In this document: positions 9,945 to 19,930 of the stretch, piece by piece | How positions within the stretch are numbered: the stretch's first letter is position 1 | Layout: every line of letters begins with the position of its first letter | Assembly (NCBI GenBank): GCA_035297365.1 | Contig: DATGZA010000027.1 | Location: 1-29,292 of the forward strand | Source of the DNA: Nitrososphaeraceae archaeon | GTDB taxonomy: Archaea > Thermoproteota > Nitrososphaeria > Nitrososphaerales > Nitrososphaeraceae | DNA length: 29,292 bases | Direction of reading: 5' to 3' | The notes under the pieces: model-generated | What the model saw: only the letters and a program-made list of their open reading frames with translations | Database searches by the model: none | What the model was told of the DNA's origin: nothing | Translations under genes and position numbers: made by a program

Positions 9945-10899
9945 ATGTGGATTAAATGTATATTAGTATTGGGGTACAAACCTAAGTAACATTTAATCTA
10001 GAATTATTCAGGTTAATTATTTAGTTTTAATTTTTGTAATTTATTAGTCAGGTAGAATTTTCTACTAAAAAAGTATATTAAATAATGAATAAATCTAAGA
10101 TGTATTATTCAAGGCTTTCTATATATTGAGGTATTAAATTGGCAGTTCTAAAAATTTGTTTTTAAGCATTTAAGCAAAGTATTCTTACTCTTTTCCTACT
10201 GAAGATTCTCTAAATTCATATTTTTGATGATATTGTCATTTTTTAGTGAAACTAAATGTTATAAACGCCACGTTTCAAAATATGATTATTAAAAGCTATA
10301 GAATCAATGTGAATTTAATGTCACTAATATTATATTAACAGGTATTTTTTTGACGAATTCAATCTCTGTGACTATTTTAGATGATTTAAAAAACTATTAA
10401 AAATGATTTTATAAATGAGCTTTATTTACGTGCTGTAGAATCGTCCCATGTAGATACAACGAAGTCAAAAAAATGAACCGTATTTGATCAAATGGTGACT
10501 AAATTTATATAAATGTTCTTTCCAATTGACAGATTATAGAATTCTTTTTAATCATATAATTTTAATTTAACATCAAGCTAAAGTGATGATTCTATTTAGC
10601 GTTATGTGGAAAATATACTCTTTTGAACGTAAAATTTTCCTGTTATCCCTAGGATAAGTCATTTCAATCAACAAACAGAATTGATTGATCTATATTGCAT
10701 TCTATCTTATATGAACTAGATCGAAATAATAACAATTAATCTTTTTAATGACTTTTTAACGTAATTTATTATATCTAGTTCCGATGCATCAAACACTCTG
10801 AAGATAGATTGCTCAAATTCAATAAAAAGGACTAGATCTCCAGTCACATTAACACTTTCCAACTTAAGCCAAGATTTAAAAGATAATTGAAAGATAACA

Positions 10900-11841
10900 C
10901 TATTGACATTTCAATCCTTGTTTTAGATTGACCAAATTCATTTTCATCTTCTCGATATAACCTATATCCTTCTTTTGCTCTTCTTGATCAATCCCTTCAA
11001 TAGGAGATAATAGTAAAACTTTTCCATTTGGAATTTCTGAAGCAAGGGTTTGAGCTAGTCTAGGATCCTTTAATTCTTCAGAGTAAATTGTGTCTATATT
11101 AAGATCTTTCGCTAAGGAAATAATATTTATGATTTGTTTCGGAAGAATTTCACCTTCTTGAGAACCTTCGTGAACGGCATGCTGATTCAAACCATACCTA
11201 TTTGCAAAATATTGAAATGCTTGATGAAAAGTAATAAAGTCTTTTAGTTCACAATTAGTCAGTGATGTTTTTATCAAAGAATGCAAGATATCAAGTTGTT
11301 GATTAAATTTTTCGATGTTTTGTAAATAGGCATCTGTATTATTTGGATCTATTTTGATAAGTGCATCACTAATAGTTTTGGAAATATTTTTTACCAAAAT
11401 AGGATCCAGCCATATATGAGGATCATATCCATATTTTCGTGCATCATTTTGAGGATTTTCTGACAAGTGTCTATCTATCTTCATAAGCTTTAAGCCTTTA
11501 CTGACATCAACAAGGGTTGAGTTACCATAATGTTTATCACCAAGCCAAGCATCAAAACCTATTCCGCTGTATATTATGATATCAGCTCCCACGAGGTCTG
11601 ATACTTTTTGTGGAGAAATCTCCCAATCGTGAGGTTCAAAACTAAAAGGTATTACCGATTTTAATATAATATGGGTTCCACCTATCTCTTTAACAAATTC
11701 ATAAAAAGGGTAAAATGAAGCAATTACTTTTATTTTTTCCTTGGCTATATTTTTATTTTGTACAACATCATCTTGTTGTCCATATACATTTGATAAAGTT
11801 AACGTTATAATCAAAATAGATAGTATTAAGAAAGTTTTCAT
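10900..11841 (-). CDS. znuA: Zn/Mn ABC-transporter substrate-binding protein (ZnuA/TroA/AdcA family)
   Basis: Metal-ligand His motifs EPHDWE, DPHIWLDP and ITFHQAFQYFA; LSPIEG; N-terminal signal peptide without a lipobox Cys. Metal specificity not determined. Confidence 0.9.
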   Translation of the reverse strand: MKTFLILSILIITLTLSNVYGQQDDVVQNKNIAKEKIKVIASFYPFYEFVKEIGGTHIILKSVIPFSFEPHDWEISPQKVSDLVGADIIIYSGIGFDAWLGDKHYGNSTLVDVSKGLKLMKIDRHLSENPQNDARKYGYDPHIWLDPILVKNISKTISDALIKIDPNNTDAYLQNIEKFNQQLDILHSLIKTSLTNCELKDFITFHQAFQYFANRYGLNQHAVHEGSQEGEILPKQIINIISLAKDLNIDTIYSEELKDPRLAQTLASEIPNGKVLLLSPIEGIDQEEQKKDIGYIEKMKMNLVNLKQGLKCQ

Positions 11842-12542
11842 AATTTTAAATAATAATTATTAATTATTTAAAACTTCTTAATAATATCTAAAAAGTATCA
11901 TTTCGTTCGAAGTTCTGACAAAATAAGTAGAATTTAATTTTTCACTAGATATAGCGTAGAATTGGCAAACCCTCTGAGGTAATAAAAAAAATTTCACCAT
12001 AAAAGTTCATCTAATCATAATGGAAACAACATGACTAGCAGGAGTTTCATAGCTTGGCGCAATTGGCTGTTACTAGGTGTGTCTCAAAAATCAAGTGTTC
12101 AGTAATGCCGGTTAGATGATAACACAAAAAATCAATTCATCAAAATTAAATCATAATTATATTTATTTTTATTTTTGTTGATTACTAAAATTGACTAAAT
12201 AACAACGAGTTTCCAATAACACTAAAGAAATGAATAGATGATACATCCAAAATTATTTTAAGAAATTACAGATCCCAAAATATTAGATTATCACTTGCTA
12301 TTCTCTAATACTAATAATTTTGCTGTTACCTTCTTCTTCCCCCTCTCCTGATGCACTATCTGAAATTGCAAAATATGGCTTTCCAATATTTGTATGTATG
12401 ATAATTTGATGGATTACCGAAGTAACTCATGTGTATAAGAGAAATCGTTAATATAAATACAAATTCTAGATATAATTACCAAGTTAAAAAATAGAAAAAG
12501 AATTCAGTCAAAAATTCCGGCTACATTCTAACAATAACAAGA

Positions 12543-15500
12543 TCATTCTTTTGGAGGCACTATTTCACGAACCGAAAGATTCTTGAACTCGACATCGGCC
12601 TGATTCCATTTAAATGTGACCTTAGGAGAACCCCATGTATATCGCTGGTCCCAGTCCCCTCCACATTTTTCAGGTCCTGCTTCACCGCTAACACCAAATC
12701 CGCCTTTATCTGTAAATTCATAGACCTTTTCCCATTTGCCATTGTTATCTTTGTCCATCCAAAACTCTTGTTTTACATCGTTATTGGGAAGATTATAGAT
12801 AACTGCCTTCATTCCTATCCATTTACCGACAATTGATGGCGATATTTCTCTAATTTTTTCTGCACCAGAATTTATCAAGCTTGAAAACCACATCTCTTTT
12901 TTAGCCGTCAATACACCATTGAAACCAAATGTGAATACCGGAGTTGCGCCTCCACATCCACCATGATCATTACTATGGTCTATTGACCTTGGGAAGAAAC
13001 TATATCCAAGTGAAAGATCATTAGTAGTATTCAATTTAAAATATCCGCCCATCTCTATATTTAACCAATCATTTTCTTTAAACCAATGACCTTTTTTGGC
13101 TAGTTCTTTTAGATTGAAAGTAGTCAAATTTTCTTCGTTGAATTTTCCAACAGATGATGTGTATACATTAAGTATAGCTTTATCCGTAGATACAGGAGAC
13201 CAAGACCCGTCTTGGTTCTTTATGATATCTCCTGTACTTGCACCAACCTTTAATCTTGAATCAGATTTCAGATTTTCCATGTTCATGAACCATTCTTCTC
13301 CTCCAAGTTTGGTGGGATAGATTTTATTCATTCCAAACACATCTACCTCTTTACTTCCAGATTGTTGTGAATTTATTGCCAAAGAAGACAGAGATGGTCC
13401 AATGGATTTTGTAATAGTGAATTGATCTAATTGATTACCATCGTCATCAACAAATGTTCCAACTAACTTTTCACCATTATTTCCTGTCACATCTATATTG
13501 AGAAGTCCAAATTTTCCGAATTGTTTTACATTAAAGTCTGGCTTGGCACCCAATGCATGCAACGAAACTCCACCCGTTCCAGATGTTATAAAAATTGGTG
13601 CTCCAATATTGTTGTATGTATTCTGATCAGTATTAACTATAATCGGTTTAGATGAATCATCTGGATTGAAGTGAATCGGGAAAGTTCTCTGATAATTGTG
13701 ATTATGGCCTGAAAGAACCAGATCTACTTTGTATTGGTCAAATAATGGGTGATATGTATCACGTAGACTTGCTAGCCCTTCATGTTTACTGGGTGCAGCG
13801 TATGCAGGTTTGTGGAAGTATACTACTTTCCAAAGGATTCTATTATCCTTTGCAGCTTTTTCTAGTTCACTTTTTACAAAATTAAATTGTTCTGAATTTT
13901 CAGAAAATGATACCTGAGTAGACATCGATATAAATAAAGTATTTCCCTGAATAAATGAATAATACTGTTTGTCTAGATTGAAATGATCGAGGAATTGTTC
14001 AGTAATTTCCGGACCTTCTTCTTCGTCACTATCATGATTTCCTATTGTAATTTTCATTTTATCATTGAGAGGAGTAATAACATCTAACCAACAATCAGCA
14101 GTAGAGGTATAGGAGTAATCCCCAAGTCCTAGTACAATTTCTGGATCTTTAGAAAGCATCGATTGTACTGTTTTTTTAGAATTTGAGTTGCAATTCCAAT
14201 CACCTGCTGCTGCAAAGTTGAAAGGAACAAATGTACCTTGTGGTGGAGGAGGTAAGTCTGGGACACATGTTTGCGTTGTTTGGTCAAAGTGTTGGCCTGC
14301 TGGACATCCTTGTGGTGATCCTGAAGAAACAGTTGTAATCGGATCATCCAGATTTATAACACAAACATGGGTTTCTTGAGCTTTGACAGTACCTGCACAA
14401 TCATATAGGAATTTTGTTTGATATCCAAAATTATTATTGACAGTTAGAGAGAATCCTCCCTCAGTCAGAGCAATAATTTTTCCTAATGGTGTTTGAGATC
14501 CCTTGAAATTAGATGGAACAGGATTGTTACCATTAACAGTAATATCAATATCGGAAGATGTTTTTGTACCACCATTATTGTTAACAACATCTGTAATTAC
14601 TAAAAGAAATCCAGTTCCTGGTGGAGGAGGTAAATCTGGGACGCACTGACCATTCTCATCAAGATGCTGTCCAACTGGACATCCTTGTGGTGGTGGTGGT
14701 GGCGTTGGATCATCTATATTTACAACACAAACACGTGTTTCTTCAGCGTGTATAGTACCAGCACAATTGTATAGGAAATCTGTTTCATATCCAAAGTTAT
14801 CCTTAAGACTTACGGAGTAGTCTCCTTGATTAATAGCAACACTTGTTGCTGTTGGTGATTGAATACCGCTGAATGTTTTTGGCAAGGGTCCATTCCCATT
14901 AACAGTAACAGTAAAGTCAGAAGCCTGTTTTGTACCACTATCATCATTCATAACATTAGTAACTACCAAAAGAAAGCCTGTTCCGGTTAGTTGAGGTGGT
15001 AAATCTGGGACGCACTGACCATTCTCAAGATGTAGTCCTGTTGGACACTCTTGTGGTGGTGGTGGTAGGTCTGGGACACATGCGTTTGTGGTAGTATCAA
15101 AGTGTTGACCTGCTGGACACTCTTGTTGTGGTGGTGGTGGACCTTCACCTGAGTACGATTCATAGAATATTTGTCCATCAATATTGAATATATTATTTTT
15201 AAACCCACTTAAAACTTCATCTGAAGATATAGCTCTATTCCATACTCGAATCTCATCAAGGTCACCATTAAAGAATTTATCATCTGTAACAGAGTCACCA
15301 GCAATAACAAATTTCGTATCGCCTGCCAAATCTGGCAGTATTCCTGATGTTACTTTATCATCTACAAGAACACCATCAACGTATAATTTTAATGTCTTGC
15401 CATCGTAGGTTAATACAGCGTAATGCCACAATCCATCATTAAATTTATCTAATGTAGTCACAAAAACATTTGTACCGGAAGAAGTTTCAAAACCAGCTTC

Positions 15501-16421
15501 AATAGTTTCTGATGGATTTAACCATATACCATAATTTAGATTTTCATCTTCTAGTTCAGATCCAAATCCACCCCTGTTTAATAATATTCCCACCTTGTCA
15601 TGGTCAATTCTATCGCTTCTAAACCAACTTGCTGCCGAAAAATTACTTAGATGGAATAATTGTTCATCTTCATCAATTTCATCCTTTTCACTTCCGTCAA
15701 AAGTTTTGAATGGAGCATAATTATAGGTAGATTGTATTGGAGAGACTGATGAAAATGACAGATATAGAATTCTTCCATTTAATGGAAATTCGTCAAAGTT
15801 ATCGGAATTAGATATTTCTTCAAACGTTAATGCTCTATCCCAAAGCATAACTTCATCCACCTTTCCAGTGAAAAATTTGTCATTTGCAAATGAATTCGCA
15901 CCTATTCTTATCGGTTGAGTACCGGTGTTGTCAGGGACTGCTTTCATAGAGAGCTGACCTTCTTCGTTACCATCTACGTACAGTTTCAAAACAGAACCAT
16001 CGTAAGTAAGAAATGCATGATGCCAATTACCATCGTTGAATTTATTTTTAGATGTTATAAACAGATTAGTACCTGACTTTGTCTCAAAACCTCCCTCTAA
16101 AAGTTCGGTTGGTGTTATCCAAAGACCGTAATTCATGTTATTGCCAGGGGCATCATCATTCATACCTCCCTTGTTTACAATCATCCCTGGATCTATGAAA
16201 TCCTGTTTATCTGTAGAAAACCATGTAGAAAGAGTAAATTTGTCTAATTGTAATCGTTCACTATTTTTTACGTCAAGAAAATTCGATCCTGAAAGGGTAA
16301 GAAAAGTGCTTTGGGATTGAGCATTAACTGATAAATATGTAAAAGAGTTTAACACAAGATAAGAGATTAATATTAATATTCCAGCAAATAAAACCTTAAA
16401 TTTCTTATCGGAATTTTTCAT
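12543..16421 (-). CDS. Large secreted multidomain protein: 2 LamG/ConA-like domains, Cys-Pro and Ig-like repeats, purple-acid-phosphatase-type metallophosphoesterase, C-terminal beta-sandwich
   Basis: LamG signatures NDGNWHHAFLTYDGSVLKLYVDG...FTGKVDEV..WDRAL (twice); phosphoesterase motifs AGDW, GDYSY, GNHD, VYFH and GHNHNYQR; signal peptide ending VNA-Q; 1292 aa. Confidence 0.9.
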   Translation of the reverse strand: MKNSDKKFKVLFAGILILISYLVLNSFTYLSVNAQSQSTFLTLSGSNFLDVKNSERLQLDKFTLSTWFSTDKQDFIDPGMIVNKGGMNDDAPGNNMNYGLWITPTELLEGGFETKSGTNLFITSKNKFNDGNWHHAFLTYDGSVLKLYVDGNEEGQLSMKAVPDNTGTQPIRIGANSFANDKFFTGKVDEVMLWDRALTFEEISNSDNFDEFPLNGRILYLSFSSVSPIQSTYNYAPFKTFDGSEKDEIDEDEQLFHLSNFSAASWFRSDRIDHDKVGILLNRGGFGSELEDENLNYGIWLNPSETIEAGFETSSGTNVFVTTLDKFNDGLWHYAVLTYDGKTLKLYVDGVLVDDKVTSGILPDLAGDTKFVIAGDSVTDDKFFNGDLDEIRVWNRAISSDEVLSGFKNNIFNIDGQIFYESYSGEGPPPPQQECPAGQHFDTTTNACVPDLPPPPQECPTGLHLENGQCVPDLPPQLTGTGFLLVVTNVMNDDSGTKQASDFTVTVNGNGPLPKTFSGIQSPTATSVAINQGDYSVSLKDNFGYETDFLYNCAGTIHAEETRVCVVNIDDPTPPPPPQGCPVGQHLDENGQCVPDLPPPPGTGFLLVITDVVNNNGGTKTSSDIDITVNGNNPVPSNFKGSQTPLGKIIALTEGGFSLTVNNNFGYQTKFLYDCAGTVKAQETHVCVINLDDPITTVSSGSPQGCPAGQHFDQTTQTCVPDLPPPPQGTFVPFNFAAAGDWNCNSNSKKTVQSMLSKDPEIVLGLGDYSYTSTADCWLDVITPLNDKMKITIGNHDSDEEEGPEITEQFLDHFNLDKQYYSFIQGNTLFISMSTQVSFSENSEQFNFVKSELEKAAKDNRILWKVVYFHKPAYAAPSKHEGLASLRDTYHPLFDQYKVDLVLSGHNHNYQRTFPIHFNPDDSSKPIIVNTDQNTYNNIGAPIFITSGTGGVSLHALGAKPDFNVKQFGKFGLLNIDVTGNNGEKLVGTFVDDDGNQLDQFTITKSIGPSLSSLAINSQQSGSKEVDVFGMNKIYPTKLGGEEWFMNMENLKSDSRLKVGASTGDIIKNQDGSWSPVSTDKAILNVYTSSVGKFNEENLTTFNLKELAKKGHWFKENDWLNIEMGGYFKLNTTNDLSLGYSFFPRSIDHSNDHGGCGGATPVFTFGFNGVLTAKKEMWFSSLINSGAEKIREISPSIVGKWIGMKAVIYNLPNNDVKQEFWMDKDNNGKWEKVYEFTDKGGFGVSGEAGPEKCGGDWDQRYTWGSPKVTFKWNQADVEFKNLSVREIVPPKE

Positions 16422-16884
16422 CTAACTTACTCCCAGAATCCTTTTACATTTAGTCTACTATTTAAAAATACTCCTATGACCTTTTTACAGTTATTCTACT
16501 TAATACCATTACCACAACCAAGTTAGAAATTCCCAATACGCCATGCATAACAGAATTTATTCCGATATTAATTATGTAATTTAGTTTTTTTAAAAAATTC
16601 CCTTTCATTTATATGAAAAAGGATTCTGAATATTTATGACGAACTCTATTTTGTACAATAATTATTGATAATTATTTTTAACTCTAGATTTTTTTTCGTA
16701 TTTTTTGTAGTAATATTATATTATAACAATAATAACGTATAAAAAGATAGGAAGAAAATCAACTTGAATAATTAATTGGAATTACTTTTACGAATGTACT
16801 AAAAAAATATAATGCAAAAAATGAAATAAACCATTTTATTAAGAGAAAGATTATTGATGGTAATACATAAAAGGGACATAAAAA

Positions 16885-18015
16885 TTGCTGAAATTTATTA
16901 AATCAAACAAGGGTCTTATTCACATAATAGTTGGAAATATTCTTGGTGCTCTGATTACAGGTGGCTTCTGGCTTTTATTGGCTTCACTACAAAGTGTTGA
17001 AGAATATGGAGAGACTAGTTATATGATTTCGATGGCATCACTTGCATCTAGTATTGCTCTATTAGGACTCAATACTACTGTTACGACTTACATTCCCAAA
17101 GGTTTTGATAAGATACATGTTGCCGCTAATCAAGTTATCTTAATATCAAGCATCGTTTTAGGTATAATTGTAGCACAAAAAGACATATTATTAGCATTTT
17201 TTGTTATCGGCATGACTTTTTGGATGATGAGTATTTATGAATATCTTGGTAGAAAATCTTATAAACAATATGCAATTGCGAATGTAGGTGCAAGAGCAAT
17301 TCAACTAGTCCTCTCTATCGCGTTATATTACATTATGGGTATCCCAGGAATAATAATTGGATTTACAATTTCATTCTTTATCTTCAGTTATAAATATTTT
17401 TTATCAATAAAACATTTCAAAAAAGATATCTCGGAAATCAGAAGTAAAATAAAATTTTCTTTACACAGTTATTCTTTTAATATGTCAAACGCGTTGTTAA
17501 TGTACTTCGATAAGATTCTTATCGGTCCTATATTTGGATACGTTATATTAGGATATTATCAATTAGGCTTTCAATTTTTAATGTTTCTTGGTATGATTCC
17601 TATCAGTTTCTTTCAGTATTTGATTCCAGAAGAAGCGAGCGGTAATAAAAAAACAAAGTTAAGGATTTTAGGATTTGGAATATCAATAGCACTCGCACTC
17701 TTGCTGTATATTTCAAGTCCTATCATAATAGACTTGTTTTTCCCTGGTTACAAGAATTCGCTTGATGCAATAAGAATAATGAGTATCGGAATTATTCCCA
17801 TGATGGTTACTTATATCATTAATTCTAGATTCCTTAGTGAAGGGAATACGAAAGGTGTTGTAATTGGTGCCATAATATACCAAATTTTACAAATATCATT
17901 GATGTTAATATTAGGAAAATCGATGGAAGTAACAGGGCTTGCATTAGCTGTCATTATAGCATTAACGATTCAAGCAGTATTCTTACTAATTTATAGGAAG
18001 ATTTCATCTAAATAG
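16885..18015 (+). CDS. Oligosaccharide flippase / polysaccharide biosynthesis membrane protein (Wzx/MOP superfamily)
   Basis: Many hydrophobic segments; VEEYG, LGLNTT...YI and DKILIG...LGYY motifs typical of Wzx-like exporters. Confidence 0.8.
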   Translation: MLKFIKSNKGLIHIIVGNILGALITGGFWLLLASLQSVEEYGETSYMISMASLASSIALLGLNTTVTTYIPKGFDKIHVAANQVILISSIVLGIIVAQKDILLAFFVIGMTFWMMSIYEYLGRKSYKQYAIANVGARAIQLVLSIALYYIMGIPGIIIGFTISFFIFSYKYFLSIKHFKKDISEIRSKIKFSLHSYSFNMSNALLMYFDKILIGPIFGYVILGYYQLGFQFLMFLGMIPISFFQYLIPEEASGNKKTKLRILGFGISIALALLLYISSPIIIDLFFPGYKNSLDAIRIMSIGIIPMMVTYIINSRFLSEGNTKGVVIGAIIYQILQISLMLILGKSMEVTGLALAVIIALTIQAVFLLIYRKISSK

Positions 18016-18073
18016 GGATGAAAAAATTTTAGATTTGGAGCACACAAAATATAGATATTTAATGACCTTGAAA

Positions 18074-18709
18074 TTAGAACTTAATAGTTTTAATAATTTC
18101 AAATGCTTCAGCATATTTAGTATGTATTTGATATCCTCTGTAACTAGATCTTCCTACTATCGCATCTAACCAGTATTGACCGCATCTAACAAATTGGGAT
18201 TTAAAACAAGTTAATGCATTTTTTTTTGTATCTATATCTGTGGTGATATCAACATAAAGTTGTGGTTTGAATGATATTTCAGTTAGACCACCAGGAATAG
18301 TCGTTTCATACATATACAAGTTATCAATATCTCGAGAAGCAGACATTACCGACTTTGTCAGAATTTGATGATCCTGGTGTGAATCACCTATCCATTGGGT
18401 AAACACACTTTCTGGCTGATATTTTTTTATTAAATTGTCAACCAATGATACTAATTTTCTATTGAATATCATTTGAGTAGGTGAAAGATCAAGAAATTCT
18501 GGAGAGATACATCCTAATATTTTACTTGATTCTACGGATTCCGATCTACGTTCGTCCTTTGTATCATTTTCAGTAAAATTTGGAAGGGTAGCTATTATTG
18601 GAATTACTTCAAAACCCATTCTTGAAAGTTTGGAAATCGTTCCTCCCATTCCAATTTCCAAGTCATCAGGATGTGCGCCAAAAACCAGAACTGAGTTAGA
18701 TTTCTTCAT
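18074..18709 (-). CDS. PIG-L/LmbE family N-acetylglucosaminyl deacetylase
   Basis: GAHPDDLEIGMGG zinc motif, RRSE, DSHQDH, YVDIT...KKNAL..FKSQ and AEAF. Confidence 0.92.
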   Translation of the reverse strand: MKKSNSVLVFGAHPDDLEIGMGGTISKLSRMGFEVIPIIATLPNFTENDTKDERRSESVESSKILGCISPEFLDLSPTQMIFNRKLVSLVDNLIKKYQPESVFTQWIGDSHQDHQILTKSVMSASRDIDNLYMYETTIPGGLTEISFKPQLYVDITTDIDTKKNALTCFKSQFVRCGQYWLDAIVGRSSYRGYQIHTKYAEAFEIIKTIKF

Positions 18710-18834
18710 ATGAATTTGATGTAAACAGAGAAGATTATTAAATTATTTTCCGATAGAAGAAGAAAAAATCAATTTTGAACAAAAGTCAAAAGATATAAAA
18801 CGAATTTTAATTAAAATTATTAGTTAAATATCTA

Positions 18835-19431
18835 TTGTTAAATAAATTTAGGAAAAATCTAGGACCGAGTCTTGAAAAAATAGCTTCAATCTTTGCGTCG
18901 TCTGGATTATCTCCAAATACTCTAACTATTATTGGCTTCATATTAGCTATTACATCGTCTATTGCATATGGGTTAAATTCCATACAAAGGGATATTTTTT
19001 TTAATGCTGCATTAGTAGGCAGTATCCTTTTGTTAATTTCAGGATTTTTTGATGTAATAGATGGAAGTGTTGCAAAGATTACTAAAAAAACATCTAGGAA
19101 AGGAGCATTTCTTGATTCCACATTGGATAAGATTTCCGAGGTAATAATATTTATCGGGATAGCCATAGGAGGTTTATCTAATCCCATATTGTGTATGACC
19201 GCACTCTCCTCCTCTCTGATGGTAAGTTACACTCGATCTAGAGCAGAATCACTTGGAATAGATTTAAGTGGAGTAGGATTTGGAGAGAGGGCAGAAAGAT
19301 TATTGATATTAGCTATAATGGGAATAATACCAATTCAAAATTTTTTGGAATATGGAATAATAATAATAATAATAATATCCATTCTGACTATAATCCAGAG
19401 GATTTTTAAGACAATAAAAGAACTAGGTTGA
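18835..19431 (+). CDS. pgsA: CDP-alcohol phosphatidyltransferase (likely archaetidylinositol phosphate synthase)
   Basis: SPNTLT; signature DVIDGSVAK...GAFLDSTLD; VSYTRSRAE and GERAER typical of PIP/AIP synthases. Confidence 0.88.
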   Translation: MLNKFRKNLGPSLEKIASIFASSGLSPNTLTIIGFILAITSSIAYGLNSIQRDIFFNAALVGSILLLISGFFDVIDGSVAKITKKTSRKGAFLDSTLDKISEVIIFIGIAIGGLSNPILCMTALSSSLMVSYTRSRAESLGIDLSGVGFGERAERLLILAIMGIIPIQNFLEYGIIIIIIISILTIIQRIFKTIKELG

Positions 19432-19432
19432 A

Positions 19433-19720
19433 TTATCGTAGTCTTGTACTTACCCGTCTTTCAAGTTCAGATCTTACTTTAACAATTCCTCTATGAACGG
19501 CACATGAAACACAATAGAATTTAACATCCGTTGCAGGAGATATATAAGCACCCTGAGCTCTTAATTCTTTTGCAAGAGTGGGTTCTACTAGAGTTATTCG
19601 GCCTGTTATTTTTTTAGCTTTATCCCTTGGAACCATTGCTCCACATTGACTGCAATGTACTGTTCCGGAACTACCTTTTCCTCCCTTTGTACGACCCCGA
19701 CTCGTACGTTTCTTTGGCAT
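19433..19720 (-). CDS. rps26e: 30S ribosomal protein S26e
   Basis: MPKKRTSRGRTKG, zinc ligands CSQC and CVSCAVH, VPRDKAKK. Start moved to ATG 19720, supported by a TTTAAA box at 19745-19750. Confidence 0.95.
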   Translation of the reverse strand: MPKKRTSRGRTKGGKGSSGTVHCSQCGAMVPRDKAKKITGRITLVEPTLAKELRAQGAYISPATDVKFYCVSCAVHRGIVKVRSELERRVSTRLR

Positions 19721-19930
19721 GTAAATATCATCATAATTCCATACTTTAAAGGTTCTGGTAAAAATTATTCCCAAAATTCTTTACACGAATAAAAGTACAA
19801 ATAATTTAAGTTAATTGATAGGATCAGACAAAAGATACACTTTTAATGTTTTCACAATTGTGTATAGCGAACATTATGATGTAATAGAATTTAACTTTAA
19901 ATGAGAGATAGGTTTAGATAAATAAAACTA

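Noticed and set aside
10634-10651. 16/18 match to the I-SceI site / LSU rRNA TAGGGATAACAG segment
   Set aside because: Flanks do not keep rRNA spacing or GC content and no homing endonuclease is present; treated as coincidence.
12073-12092. CTAGGTGTGTCTCAAAAA resembling an IS5-type terminal inverted repeat
   Set aside because: No partner repeat or transposase fragment seen nearby.
12560-16320. Seven small ORFs inside the 1292-aa gene, including the His-run ORF 14987..15208
   Set aside because: Alternate-frame or antisense by-products; the His runs are frame-shifted poly-Pro (CCA) codons.
19721-19774. 18-aa N-terminal extension of S26e in the ORF track
   Set aside because: S26e begins MPKKR and a TATA-like box lies within the extension.
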